DNA of 47,127 nt, the filler included, from Jimgerdemannia flammicorona (lineage: Eukaryota), in NCBI GenBank assembly GCA_003990765.1. It is 2 parts of 2 records of this genome, joined end to end, with 100 filler letters (N's around TTAATTAATTAA, not from the genome) between each part and the next. Parts side by side here need not be neighbours in the genome. Positions count along the whole stretch, not along the records: positions 1 to 23,525 come from RBNJ01001098.1; 1 more part is not named here. One strand, written 5' to 3'. Each line of letters opens with the position of its first letter. The stretch's first letter is position 1. This document shows, piece by piece, positions 10,870-23,625 of this stretch. The translations under genes and the position numbers were made by a program. The notes beneath the pieces were generated by a model. It did not search any database and was not told the origin of the DNA. It worked only from the letters and a program-made list of their open reading frames with translations.

Positions 10870-13800
10870 TTTTATATTTAGCAAAATATTGTCTTCTTTT
10901 TTTCAGATAGTATTATATTCAGGATATTCTTTCCATTTTATGAGATAGTACTGAGTAAACTTAGCAGCTTATCCAAATCAGCAATCCTTATAATCTAAGA
11001 TATAGTCTACTTCATATTCTGATTACTAATTAATAATTACTAGATCTGAAGATAGTATGGTTCGTCTTTTAAAGGTATTTGGAGTATATAGCTGAAGTTG
11101 AGATATATAAAATACTGGGTGAATTCTCTCTAATATTGCTGAAATATCTAACTTATATATAACAGGTCTATATTTTTTAAGAATCTTGAATAATCTAATA
11201 TAGTAGAGTCTAAGCTTCTTTTTAGAGTCTATATTATCTAGAATTAGGTACCAGATACTGAGTAATACTTATTCTCCTTTTTGGTAGATAACTACTATTC
11301 TATTTTTGTCAATATATACTACTTATATTCTTTATACCTCTATGAGAGCATCTCATGCTTGCTAGATGTTATCTTGTATAGTATATATCAGTAATTTCTT
11401 ATATAACTAGTACTATAGTTTAAGTGACAACTATAGAAGTTTATTAATACTATCTATAGTTTAGATAAAATAGTATCATCTTGATACTTATACTTAAGCT
11501 ATTATTATATATGAATTTAGCTAGCTTTTTATTCTAATTATTTTACTTATAGCCATAATAGATATAAAGTATCTACTTTAGAGTTTAATTAGTTATTTCT
11601 ATCTATCTATTTGTTTACAAATAGCATGCTATAGACATTTTCAGTTACACTTCTAGGCTCTTGAAGAGTGCTTGCCAAAAGTTACTTGTGAATTTTATAT
11701 CTCAGTCTGAGGTAATTATTGATAGTAGTTTGTAAAGACAGAACATAGTATCAATAAACAGCTATACTATTTCTAATACTATTGTAATAGTAGTTATTAT
11801 AAAAATGTAGGCCTGCTTGCTGAGGTAATTAATAAAGATAATAATTATATCTCTTCTCTTCTTAGTTTTTGGCAATTAGATAATAAAGTTCATTCTGATA
11901 TGATCTCAATTTTGAGTGAAAATTAGTGTATAGCTACCAAATAGTTGCTAGACTTATATCTTTAATAGATATTGTAGAATATAATATAATTCTTAATGTT
12001 AGATGTTATTTTAGACTAATAAAAGTCTTAGGCAATATGCTAATATGTTTTGTCAAATTCTATATACATATCTAGCTATAGATATATCATATAGTTCTTG
12101 CAGGATTCATAAGTAGATAAAAGAGTCAGAGACTTAAATTCTTATATTATTAAGATATATATATTTATTTTGGACAGATATATTCTTGTAGATCTTCTTT
12201 ATAATATTGTTGCCTTCTTTAAAGACTTATTTAGCAATTTCTTATATATTGATATTATTATTTTTTTTTTTTTAGAGATCAATAGATATTTCATGATGGG
12301 CTGAACTTACACAGAACATTATTTGGATGGCAAAATATAATATACTATAGAAAATAGACAAAATTGGATAAAAAACCAAATAAGTAAAAAAAAAACATAA
12401 TACTTTTTCTGCTCTTCAAGTTGATAAACTCAAGGAGAAAAAGAAGCTATATACAAATATGATAGCATACTATCCCCATTTTGAATCAACCAAAATCTGC
12501 CATAGACTACCACCTCTTTTCTTTATAAGATCTATTTAATCTATACAGAACTCCACTAATATCTTCTAACTAAATACTTATACACCAATACACTCACTCA
12601 CTTCCCCTCTCCTGCCTCTTCCTCTATATTGATACATCATGACCTAATTGATCTTATCTCATCAAACCTCTCATCTCAAATCCTCCTAAATACTCTCTAA
12701 GTCTTTCACCAAATCTCTCTTGATACAACATACCTCTCTCAATATCAATCCAGATAGGATACTCTGTAGTACCCTCCTACATAGTTCTGATAGTGACCAT
12801 CTGGAGCTGTAGAGAGTTATTGATCTAACTGATAATGTATCTTCTCATTAGGACTTACTAAATTAGTTAATGGTATGACTAATATGAGAGTGATAGTTGG
12901 CAGTGAGATAAAGCAGATATGGTTAGATGAAGATAGCAACTGGAGTGGCTTCCTATACAAGTAAGGCAACAAGAACATTATCTATCAAGAGAAGCCAGTT
13001 AAGTACTTTAGATATGTATATACTTATAGATAATATAGTATATAGGGGGGGGTAACTGAGTGGAGTATATATTAGTATTCTTGGTATACTTCTTGACTTC
13101 TTCAAATAGACTAGTGATAATATTATCAATTGCAGTAAAATCATCTTTCTGAGAACTCTGAGAGAGTGTATCAGCTACTTCATTCTTGATTATAGCAATA
13201 TACTTGATTTTAATATCAAAGAGTACAAGGATCTACTTCTAACAGATCTGTCTTTCTATAATAATTGGCTATATCTAAATATATTAGAAGGCTTAACAGT
13301 CTGTCTATAAGATAAATATTTTGCTGAGGAGAAAATATCTCTATACTTACAAAGATTGAATGATGATGAGAAGTTTCTTATCTTACATAGTATAGTTTCT
13401 TTCATATTCATTGAGGTTCTGAGACAGATAGGTAATAGGGTATTTATATTGAGTCAGGATGGCTCTAGTGGTAATATTTGAAGTATCAGTAGTAACTACA
13501 AAGAGTTTTGTTGAATAAGATCTGATCAAAATTAGTATATTAATTAATATTCTCTTGAGGGTATTCATAGCTATAGAGCATCCTTCTGTCTATTCTTTTT
13601 TGACATTGGCTCTCTTCCTGGAGGCTTGTGAGTAGAGAGGTAATTATAGAAAATTCTTGAATAAATCTCCTATAATATCCTGCTAGTCCCTTGAATCCTT
13701 ATAGAGACTTGAGGGTCTTTGAGATGAGCCAATTATAGATTGCTTATATCTTCTTAGAATCAACAGCAATATTATTTTCTGAGATAATATATCCTAGGTA

Positions 13801-14165
13801 TTCAATTTTCTTCTTAAAGAAGTAGTATTTCTTTCTTTTGCTGAGAGCTTATATTCATAGAGTATATATGTAGATATGCTGGTCTGGTTTTCAAATCAGC
13901 TTCTTCATCTGAATGGCAGAGATAACATCACATCTGGGCTTGGGTTTCTTCTTGGTATATATACTTGGGTTGTAACTTGATATCTCCTAGAGAGATTATA
14001 TTGGTTCACCAATCAATGTGGAAATTTTCCTGAGTAAGCCAGGATTTTCTGAGGATGAGGTTGTGTCCAGGGAGATGTGTGATGTTAAAGGTTTGCTTTG
14101 TGGTGTAATTTCTGAGTTGTAGGAGTGTATTCTTACATATATTGAAGAGTTTCTGTATTCCATTA
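10870..14165 (-). mobile_element. Chromovirus-type Ty3/Gypsy relic (PR, partial RT, RH, IN, chromodomain), interrupted by a LINE
   Basis: HNLILRKSWLTQENFHIDW (protease end, ~14000-14070); FVVTTDTS...PITYLSQNL...ERNY (RNase H, 13383-13570); SD.DIKFTSNFWQALFKSL (integrase); RIHPVFYISQL; EVDYILD...YLIKWKEYP (chromodomain, ~10890-11015). Confidence 0.85.
12262..13382 (-). mobile_element. 5'-truncated non-LTR retrotransposon (LINE) relic inserted in the chromovirus
   Basis: Poly(T) at 12262-12273 (poly(A) tail on the minus strand); degenerate RT-like segment (..PLS..PLY...DNVLV); splits Gypsy RH from IN. Confidence 0.6.
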
Positions 14166-14769
14166 AAATAAAAAAGGTTTTACGATGCGCCGGCTGGAAT
14201 TTAATGTTGATCTGTATTGAAAATTAATTCGTAGAGTCAGCGTGAATATCTCCTTCGCTGATAATCCCTCATCGGAGATTCTGCTAGGATTTCGCCTCGG
14301 CATGGTAGTTCCAATTCACCGATAACCCTGACCTTTTGATTAGATTTCGAGGCGCAAATATCCGAAGTACAAGCTACCGCATCATTTTACGAACGATTGA
14401 GTAATTTATTCATGAATGAGGGGTTCCTTGGCCTGATTGTTCAATCCTGGTGCATATTACCCGCCACAGCAGACTAGTGAAATCGTATATTAAATCAGAT
14501 ATTAGTGCAGAATGCTGTGGCATGAGATGTTTACTATTAAAGATCCATCCGATGGACCGTCGCACATTAATTAATAAATCATAACGCAAGCCGAATTCTG
14601 CACACCTCATGAAATGCGAGTGGAGACAACCGCTCCTGCCATGATAAAAAGCCCAGCCCGATATCCTGAAATCCTCATCCAAGCATCCACTGCTCCTTCA
14701 TTACAAACCAAAGCCAAATCTCAAATACCAACGCACCCCTCAATCCTCAACCACAAACCATCAACCGAA

Positions 14770-15471
14770 ATGAACCTCACCCGCTCTATTCTCCTCCTCG
14801 CTGCCGTTGGTGTGGCTTCCAGCATCCCCGCTCCGCCTCAGGACTACGCCGCCGAGGCCGTCCACCACGACGGTCCGCTCGCCGGTGCCGACGTCTCTGC
14901 TCAGAACAAAGCCGACTTCGAAGCCCAGAGGTGGGGCTGGGGTGGCTACGGGTTCCGCCGTATGTACGGCTTCCCAAATATGTTTTCACGCCCTTGGTTC
15001 AATAGGCCCGTGTACCCGCCTTTCTATAACTATTTTTATGGCGGCCCTTATATGGGAGGTGGATTCGTCCCCTTTTCCGAGCCCGACTACTCTACTCAAT
15101 CTGTTCCTGATGAGCATAACAACCCGGCCCCGCAAAGCGTGGAGAGCTTGGATGCTGCCCCGCTGACAAAACGTGACACTCAAGACAATCGTAAGCCCCA
15201 CGGTCCCTACGGTCCTCACGGTCCTTACTACTCCAACAGTCCTTACGACTATCACAGTCCTTACGACCATCACGGTCCTTACGACCATCACGGTCCTTAC
15301 GACCATCACGGTCCTTACGACCATCACGGTCCTTACGACCCTCACGGCCCTTACGACCCTCACGGCCCTTACGACCCCCACGGCCCTTACGACCCCCACG
15401 GCCCTCACGACCCTCGCGACCCCCACGGCTCTCGCGACCCCCACGGCTCTCACGACCACCATGGTGTTTGA
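14770..15471 (+). CDS. Secreted 233-aa protein: signal peptide, acidic spacer, Gly/Tyr/Phe/Pro-rich peptide, Kex2-like KR site, His-rich (PYDxHG)n tail
   Basis: Intact single-exon ORF with C-ending codon bias and CpG retained. ATG at 14770 in GAAATG context after a C/A-rich 5' UTR. MNLTRSILLLAAVGVASS is a classical signal peptide. LTKR precedes the repeats. Confidence 0.9.
   Translation: MNLTRSILLLAAVGVASSIPAPPQDYAAEAVHHDGPLAGADVSAQNKADFEAQRWGWGGYGFRRMYGFPNMFSRPWFNRPVYPPFYNYFYGGPYMGGGFVPFSEPDYSTQSVPDEHNNPAPQSVESLDAAPLTKRDTQDNRKPHGPYGPHGPYYSNSPYDYHSPYDHHGPYDHHGPYDHHGPYDHHGPYDPHGPYDPHGPYDPHGPYDPHGPHDPRDPHGSRDPHGSHDHHGV
15196..15468 (+). repeat. 18-bp coding tandem repeat (~14-15 units, e.g. 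CCTTACGACCATCACGGT)
   Basis: Directly visible; encodes PYDHHG, PYDPHG and PHGSRD variants. Confidence 0.95.
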
Positions 15472-16399
15472 GGTCAATGCTCCCGTCATGAAGTAAAGAA
15501 GCTATCTTATGTTGTAGCCGTCGAATATAAATGAGAATTTTTTTTTTTTTTTTCTCTTTTTTGAAAACCACAATAAATGGGAGTTCGTATGGTCCTTAAC
15601 CGGTTGGTACCAGAACAAAATCGAGATTATTAATCAGAGTTTTATGTCGAGGGCCCGACAAAAAATTGGCGGCCAAATATGTTTGCGATACTCAACGAAA
15701 ATGACAGTTTTATTTCTGTCATGACAGGGGTAAACATAAAAAGGAAATATCCGAACCTGTAGGTTAATACTATACACTAGCTATGAATTCGCCGCGAACG
15801 TAAGTTCATGACATGTTTATCAGCACACGTTCAATCAGAGCCTATATGTCTGCCTGTAAGGGACAACCACATTAATTACAATATCATATATTCATGTTTC
15901 TTGCGAACAACAGCGTAATAACTAAAAAAAAAAAAAAAAAACATCGCGTGTGGACCGGATCATTAATCGCGAGCAAGGGAATTCCGAAATGTATATGAGA
16001 TATACTCTCGCTTCTATTCATTTGAGAAACGTGGTATTGTCCACTCATTCGAACACAAAGAGCAACTGGACGTATTTTCAATTCCTACGTCAGATAGCAA
16101 CCAACTTGTCTCGCGTTTCTCTACTGGCAGCAAAGAAAGGTTCGGGGAGACATTTACGGCGAGATATGGTTATGATAACATATTTCTTTCTCTTGTAATG
16201 TGATGTAGGCTATGTCCCATTACATATTGAAGTTGGAATGGATTTGTATGGGATTGCGACGATGTGGCCCAACAATATCAGTTAAGCTAGTATTGGCGTC
16301 CAGTATAAATGATGAAAACGTGATTGATTGTTCCCTAAAGTTGAGGATATTGTGACAAGCAAATACTATAGTATAGCCAGATGATGTACAAAGAATACT

Positions 16400-17819
16400 T
16401 AGCATAGTTACCCCACATAGTTATATACATACACCACAATTTGTATAAATAACCAGCTGTACTAAATTGGATATGTTGATTTTGCTCCAGCTGGAATACT
16501 CAATACTTATCCTGGTCATACTATCTCTAAATTAGCCTTACTGTATATTCTATAATTACCCAGATAGCAACCAGATAGCAACCACACTAGTATAGAATAT
16601 TCTGAAGATTTGAGTAAATAAACCTCAATCTGAAAAGTCAAAGAAAAGCAAAAGCCAATTATCTGATATACTTAGGAGAAATATCTACCAAAAGCCACTT
16701 AATCTAAAAAAGATTACAATACTTAGAAGATATGTCTGCTAATAAGCCACTGTCAAAAAGTTCTTTTTTACTCCAGTCTACTTCTGATATAAAGAATTTT
16801 GCCAATTTTGGTCTACTTATCAGATTAAGCCAAAAGAACTTGAATTATCTGCTATTTTTGTCTGCTTGCTAGATAAAGTCAGAAGAACTTGAGAATTACT
16901 AAATATTTTATTACTTTTTGACAAAGTAACTAGGAGCTTAAGCCAATCTATATAGTTGTTCTAATCTTGTAATTTGTCTCTATTGAACTAATATATTATA
17001 TTTGAGAGCTTAACTGGAAAGATTTTGAAAATCTACATAACTTTCAAGTTTATAAAAACTCAATAATCAAACTAGATATATTTAATATAATATCAATCTC
17101 TGTAACTATAGAAGAATGAATCATTGATAGCATTTGGACAAGATGAGAAGTAATTACTTTAAGACTTACCAACTATTTACTATCAGAAGAATTATAACTG
17201 AAAGCTAGTACAGCACAGAACTCTCTACTATTATTAGTCTAATTATCAAGATTATAGCTTATAAATATATCAGAAGTACTAGCAAACTTACTACTAAAAG
17301 ATCTAATTCAGTCCAACCTACCAGAAAATATAGATAACCTTATCTAAAACTTTGATAAACTTGTATAAGAACTTGAAGACCATATTGTCTAATTCTGATT
17401 TCTCTTAAAAGTCCCACCTATTTCACCTCTATCTAGACCAGCAGATTTTCTAAGTCTAGTATTCCCAAGAATACCAAGTAGTATATCTATATTTCAGAGA
17501 TCATGTACTTATTCCTCAACTCTTAGCAAAGCAATCAGACTCAGTATACTTATGGAAACAGTAACAGAAATAGATTTAGAAAATGAGAAAGAACTAGAGG
17601 ACAGTGATGATAAATAACAGTACTACTATCTATATTTACAGAATATCTAGAAAAATATCTAAGAGAATTTCTCAATACTTTTGAAGAAATTACAGCTCTA
17701 AAAGATCTTACTCTCAGAAGACAAATTACTATCTTTGAAGTATAGTTGAGAGAGCTAGCTAAAGGAATCTTTATCAGAATATCAAATGATCTGAATTCTG
17801 ACCTAAAATCAGCCCTAGC

Positions 17820-17821
<2 letters not shown>
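16400..17821 (+). mobile_element. Degenerate probable Gypsy gag/protease-side segment
   Basis: CpG-free, A-rich sense strand, upstream of and co-oriented with the pol at 21133-22790. No clean motif recovered. Confidence 0.4.
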
Positions 17822-17884
<63 letters not shown>

Positions 17885-20800
17885 ATCACTTATTATCAAA
17901 CCAATCTATACCTATATAATATAATAACAAAGCTCTACTGCCTATCTCATCCCCCCACAGAGACTACTTCTACTCTCTTCTTAATTAAAAGTAACTATCT
18001 TTCTAATTATCCAAACTCTCTCTCTACTCTTTATATATATATATTCTTCCTATAAGCCTATAGTATAGACTCCTCCTGGGTCTCTACCCAGCCTACCATC
18101 TATTTAACAAATCCAACAATAGCCACTCTCATCTTACCATACTCATACCTAATGACAATTTTTAGTTATCCTCAAAAACTATAGCCAATGTCCAGAAAGA
18201 CCAACTTAAACTATAAGAGCTCAACTTATAGAAAGCTACTCATTACTAACATCCCCTATCAGTCTCAATTAAAAGGCACTCTACTGCTCTCCATCTACCC
18301 CTCTTGCAGACTATACTACTAATTGACCTCAATAGCTCTCTAGAAATCTAATAGTATCTTATACTCATTCAGCTAATATTTCAAAGTTTATACCACCCCT
18401 CTCTCTTATCTAATATTAAAACACCCTCTTTTATATTTGAATGAACTCTCTTCTACTAAGTAGTCTGATCAAAAGTTTAGTATTATATTCTATTATAGGA
18501 GCCACCACTATACTATCTAGAACTTGAGAGAGAGTTATCTTGATATTATCTTACACTATAACCAGATATCTGTCCAGTCTTATACTTCACTGATATCTAC
18601 CATCTGTCAGCTCTTAGGTCACAGATCTCTCTCCTGCTCCCTCTAATACTCTATACTATTCTTAAGTCAAAAGTCAATCACTGGGAAGTCTCTTAACAAA
18701 AGATGATCTTATAGCTTTATCTCTGATCCCTAGATCTCCTCTCCTTTACTCTCTTACCAGTAAACATCAATTTTATGAGCTCTATCTGCCACCCCCTACC
18801 AGAAGTCCTGATATCTTATTTTATGGCTCCTCTCTAATATTACCAATAATAATAAGTCACTTCAGATATACTATATGAGGAGTACTCAACTCCTGTCCCC
18901 CAACTTACTGGTTTTTTTCAATCATTATACTCATAAGTAATACAAGCACTTTGTAAAGTCCATAAGGCCCAGATCTCTCTGGACTACTGATAGTATCAAT
19001 ATGTTCCAGCTCACCTGACTCTACCTTCTGGTCTAAATCTAAGATCTGGTTATCTTCAGAAGTCTCTTTACCACTTATACCAGAAAGTCTAGGTAATATC
19101 TCAGATATCATAGCTTAGGCATCTAGTATATATTCAGCACCATTACCCTCCTCACTAATGAGATATATCATTCTCCCTACTCCAGAAGAGTATTCTCCCA
19201 TTCTATCAGCTTCTGCTCCTACTAATCCTTGGGTAGCAATGAGCTATTTATTGAGAAATTGATCTCTAGATATTGGACTACTCTTCCAGCTGAGACAATT
19301 GTTCTAATTATATCTCCACCCACTACTTCACTACTAAGTACTAATGTCTCACACTTATATCAGTTAAGCTTAGCTCTCAAGCACCTCTTATACTACTCCA
19401 TAATTTCCTTTAATATAGCCACATCCTCTATAAAGCTCAGTCTGACCACTATGTTATCTGCAAAAGCTCCCATCTTCTAATTCATCCTCAGAATCATCAA
19501 CCTATCTACCCTGTACCTGATTCTATCTAGCAAAGGTTTCAAGAATAAGTATAGATGATAGGTGATAATAGATCTCTCTAGGATATCTCTCTGCTCAAAG
19601 AGAATGAAACTCCCCTTTGACTATTAACTAAGATAGCCACCTAGCAATCCTCTAATAGACTAATTAAGGAATACCTAAAGCCCAGAGAAATGTTAATATA
19701 ATATAGCATCCAATCCAATCATATTCTCTATACCAAGTTGTACACCTTCTTCTGGTCCAGAAAACCCAGCTATCTTTCCAGCTCTATAGCTCTGAACTCT
19801 TTAATAATACTATGAATCAAGGCTGTCCCATCCTGAATCAGATGCCCTCTGATAAAGCCCTGTTGTTTCTCACTCAACATCCTTTACATCATATACTATA
19901 GTCAAGCAATGATGACCTTTTTGACCAGCTTTTGATCTATGTCTAACAGTATAATTAGGTGCTAATTCTTCTACTTCTTTCTCTCTCTCTTGTCTTTATA
20001 ATAGAGATACCAGTTCCAAGCATTGGCCACTTATCTATACTTCAGAGTTTATAACTCTATTGTATATCAACTCCATCTCCCCTAGGACTACCTTCATCTC
20101 TACTATTTATTTCCAGAAGTCTCAGAATAAGCTATTCTCTCTGGGTGCTGTCCTAAGACTAAACCTAGCCAAAACCTTGAGGACCTTGTCTCCCTGTACC
20201 AGAGCACCCAATTCTCCTAGTTCCTCTGCTGAATCTTAGTACCAGTCCTCCAAGTACTGTACAATAGCCTATATATCCTCACTCCCCTCCTTCTCACTTC
20301 ACAGTGATCTTTACTGCTCACTCAGCTATTTCAAGATACTCTGAGTTCCCACCATCAGCTCACCCTTCTCATCCAATATATCATCTCAGTACTGATATAC
20401 TCCTCTCACTCAAAAAAACCTCAATAGAACTTTATTGGTTATTCTCCTTCCTCTAGGCCCTGTAAATGCAGTCTGACTGCTATATTCTATACTTATATAC
20501 TCTCTTCCACTTATAGAGTATATTGCAGCTCCTCTACCTCTAGCTGAGCATACCTCACCCTTTAATCCTCTACTCTCTTACTCTCTAATAAGTCTATCCA
20601 TTCTTTCAGGAGCCTTCTCAATCTGCTTAAGGCCCATCCTACTCATTCTCTTCTCTAGATACTCTACAGTCTTCCCACTTCTCTCCAAAAATATTGAGCT
20701 TTAGATTTTAGCCTCTACTACTAATTATCAATAGTAAGACCCTCTCCTCCTTTATACAAGAGCCTTGGGTCCAATATCTACTACCCAAGACTCCTATAAG

Positions 20801-20960
20801 AGAGACTTATTCAATAGAGAAGAATTTCAGCACTAATGTCCAGGCCTCTCTCCATATTTTCCAAACTGCCCTCACTCTATAAGACTTCAATTATCTGATT
20901 AAGGATACTACTCAATCTTTAATAACTTCCAGATATTATCACCCCAGCACTCAGTAGTCA
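17822..20960 (-). mobile_element. L1/Tx1-like LINE relic (3' part of endonuclease, RT, C-terminal region, ~59-nt poly(A))
   Basis: Poly(T) at 17822-17880. Homologous on the minus strand to the LINE at 29932-31840 (e.g. GAFADN..V.L, FLDQKKVY). SDH-like endonuclease end near 20890. Confidence 0.85.
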
Positions 20961-21132
20961 GAATCTGTTTTTAAGAGAGTAGAAGTAGAAAAGAGAGAGT
21001 ATGTTAGAGTAAAGTGGGGTGGAATTGGGTTGGGCTACTAGTATGATATGAGAATCTTATATTTGTTATAAATTAGTTAATAAAGGGGCCTAGTATTTAT
21101 AAAAAATAAAAAACAAAAAACAAAAAAAAAAA

Positions 21133-23350
21133 ATATATATACAGATTCAAAGAAAACCAAAAAGATTAATAACTAGCCAGTATCTAAGATTCCAAAAGAA
21201 GTACTATTCTTTCTAATACTAGTATCTTACTATAGAAAATTTATTAGAAATTTTACCAAAACTACTATACTAATCTGAATCTTACTCAAGAAGAGAGTAC
21301 TATATAAATAAAAGAAATCTCAAGAGCTAGTCTTTAAAGAACTCTTGTTCTCATATGTATAATCTAACTTATAGAAGCTATTTATCTTATATATAGATAT
21401 CTTCAAAGATGACCTTAGTGCAGTTCTAGCCTAAGAAGAATCTGATCAGCAGTATTATATTAGCTTATATAAGCTAAGCTACCAATAAGTAGTAAGCCAA
21501 TTATGGTAGCATTAAATTGAAATATCTTATAGTTATATAAGCAGTCACTCTATTCAAGCATTATCTTATTGAAAACATATTTATTCTGATAACTGATTAT
21601 ATTATCTTTAAATTACTATTCAACTATAAAGAACCTATTGGAATTCTTATCTACTAGATCCTAATTCTATAAGATTACAAAATCACCATCATCTACAAAG
21701 TAGGAAAAGCTTATAATAATGTTGATATACTTTCCCATAGAACTCAATAAACCAGAAAAAGGGTGTATCCCAAAACTATACTCTAAAGAAAGTTTCTATA
21801 ACTACTAAGAAGCAAAAAAACCTCATCTGACAAGAATACCAAAAGATTCATCAAGGACAAATAAATATGAAAAAAAAAAGCCACAAAAGTTACACTAACA
21901 CTGACCCTATCTCAGAATATAAGTTAGAAATATACTTAAGAAATATAATATCTACTAGAAGTATTAAAGAAAAAAGAACTATCAGATATCACTATAACTG
22001 ATCACACCATCTATCTATATCTTCTAAAGATAAGAAATAGATATTATCAGACTCTTACCAGTTATACTAAGAAGAATTAAATATATTTTAGTATTTGTGA
22101 AATATCTGACCAAGCTTATCCAATAGAAATCACTAATGTCTTGACCATTATTGGTCTTCTCTATAAGCTCATACTTAGATATAGATTCTCAGAAGAACTT
22201 ATCTCTAACAGTAGTACAGAATTTGTTAATAAGTTAGTTATAACTTATATATAAATTCACTAGATTTACTTAAAAAGAACTATATTATACTACTCTCAAA
22301 TTAATGATATAATAGAATAAATAAACCAGACTATCAAGAAAAAACTTATCAAGATCAATTCTATTAATTAGGACCTCTACTTATCTAAGATCCTAGAATA
22401 CCTCTACTATCTCAACTAAATAAAAGTTATTCAAAATGATATTTATTAATAAAACCAGAACTACTGACTATGAGAATCTCAAAGAACTTTTTAGATAAGA
22501 CAGAATAATTGTAAAGTCAAGCCTGAGCTCAGATAATCAAGATCCAAGAAAAACAGAAGAAGTATTATATTCAAAAATAGAAAAATCAGAAGATCAAAAT
22601 TGAAAATCAAGTTCTAATTTAGAAAAATATAATCAAAACCAATTTTACTACTAAACTGAAATACAAATAAAAAGGATCTTATCTTATATATATAATATCA
22701 GAGAAACAGTATATATAAGAAATATAGATAGATATATCTTAAGGACTCTAGTTTATACCAATTGTCTCAAGATATACTTTACATTAATACAATGAACCAG
22801 AGAATTGATCAGTATCTCTAGACTCTTATTTTTAGCTTTTTCTAGACTCTACAGTTTTCTCTACCCTAGTTCTATAAAATCAATAGAACCTATCTCCAAT
22901 AAATCCAGATATATATATTAAGAGAACCTTATTTTAGTAGAATATCAACTACAGATTTACCAACTGTAGGTCTATTATATCATTAGTGAATAGTTATAGA
23001 ACCTCTTAGCCTCAGAACAGGTCTATATCTACAATACCACTGGTCTGTCTAGAAAAAATTCCACTATCACAGATAGACTCTATATAATCTATAAGTAGAA
23101 TATCATAATACTAATGCTGGCCCAGTTCTTTCTGAGATATATATATATAAAATAAACATAATTATCTATTTGAGTATCATTAATCTTGTTGAAGTCCTGT
23201 TCTCTAAAGAAAAAGAAGAACTCTTAGAATAGAGTGACTTAGATACTGAAGAAGATATCAGTATAGATATTGTTATAAAAGATACCTATAAATATCAGAA
23301 TAATGACTAAAAGATAGTCTGAGATAGACTATTTTTTAGTGAGAGCTAAT
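21133..23350 (+). mobile_element. Ty3/Gypsy pol relic (RT end, RH, IN) plus post-integrase ORF
   Basis: PKEVLFFLILVSYYRKFIRNF, RNase H .LSAVLA., YKVGKAYNNVDILS, integrase core, KGSYLI...VYTNCLKIY, then ATG at 22792. Confidence 0.85.
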
Positions 23351-23369
23351 ATGATAAGTAAATACTAAA

Positions 23370-23525
23370 ATAGTGGGGGGAGAGTGGGGGTCGTTGGTGA
23401 AAGAGTGATTTTCATTCGTGAGGAGGTAGGGAGGGGCCCCCCGGTGGGGATTGGATAGTGGGTCAGAATGGTGTATAAGTATTCATAGACTGGTAATAAA
23501 GGCAGAGTCCAAGTGACTATAAAAA
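23370..23525 (+). mobile_element. 3' end of LINE family with poly(A)
   Basis: ggtaataaaggcagagtccaagtgactat(a)n matches the LINE 3' ends at 31748-31775 and 32140-32167 (reverse). Confidence 0.7.
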
Positions 23526-23625
23526 NNNNNNNNNNNNNNNNNNNNNNNNNNNNNNNNNNNNNNNNNNNNTTAATTAATTAANNNNNNNNNNNNNNNNNNN
23601 NNNNNNNNNNNNNNNNNNNNNNNNN
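23526..23625. other. Artificial 100-bp gap/linker (N43-TTTAATTAATTAA-N44)
   Basis: N runs flanking a multi-frame stop spacer; a concatenation or scaffolding artefact. Confidence 0.95.

Noticed and set aside
14614..14769. N-terminal 52-aa extension of the secreted protein
   Set aside because: The signal peptide begins at Met53 (14770); the upstream part looks like promoter and C/A-rich 5' UTR.
14986..15571. Antisense and alternative-frame ORFs over the His-rich repeat
   Set aside because: Shadows of the 18-bp coding repeat.
23569..23581. TTTAATTAATTAA motif containing a PacI-like palindrome
   Set aside because: Synthetic linker inside the N gap; no linkage between the two halves should be inferred.
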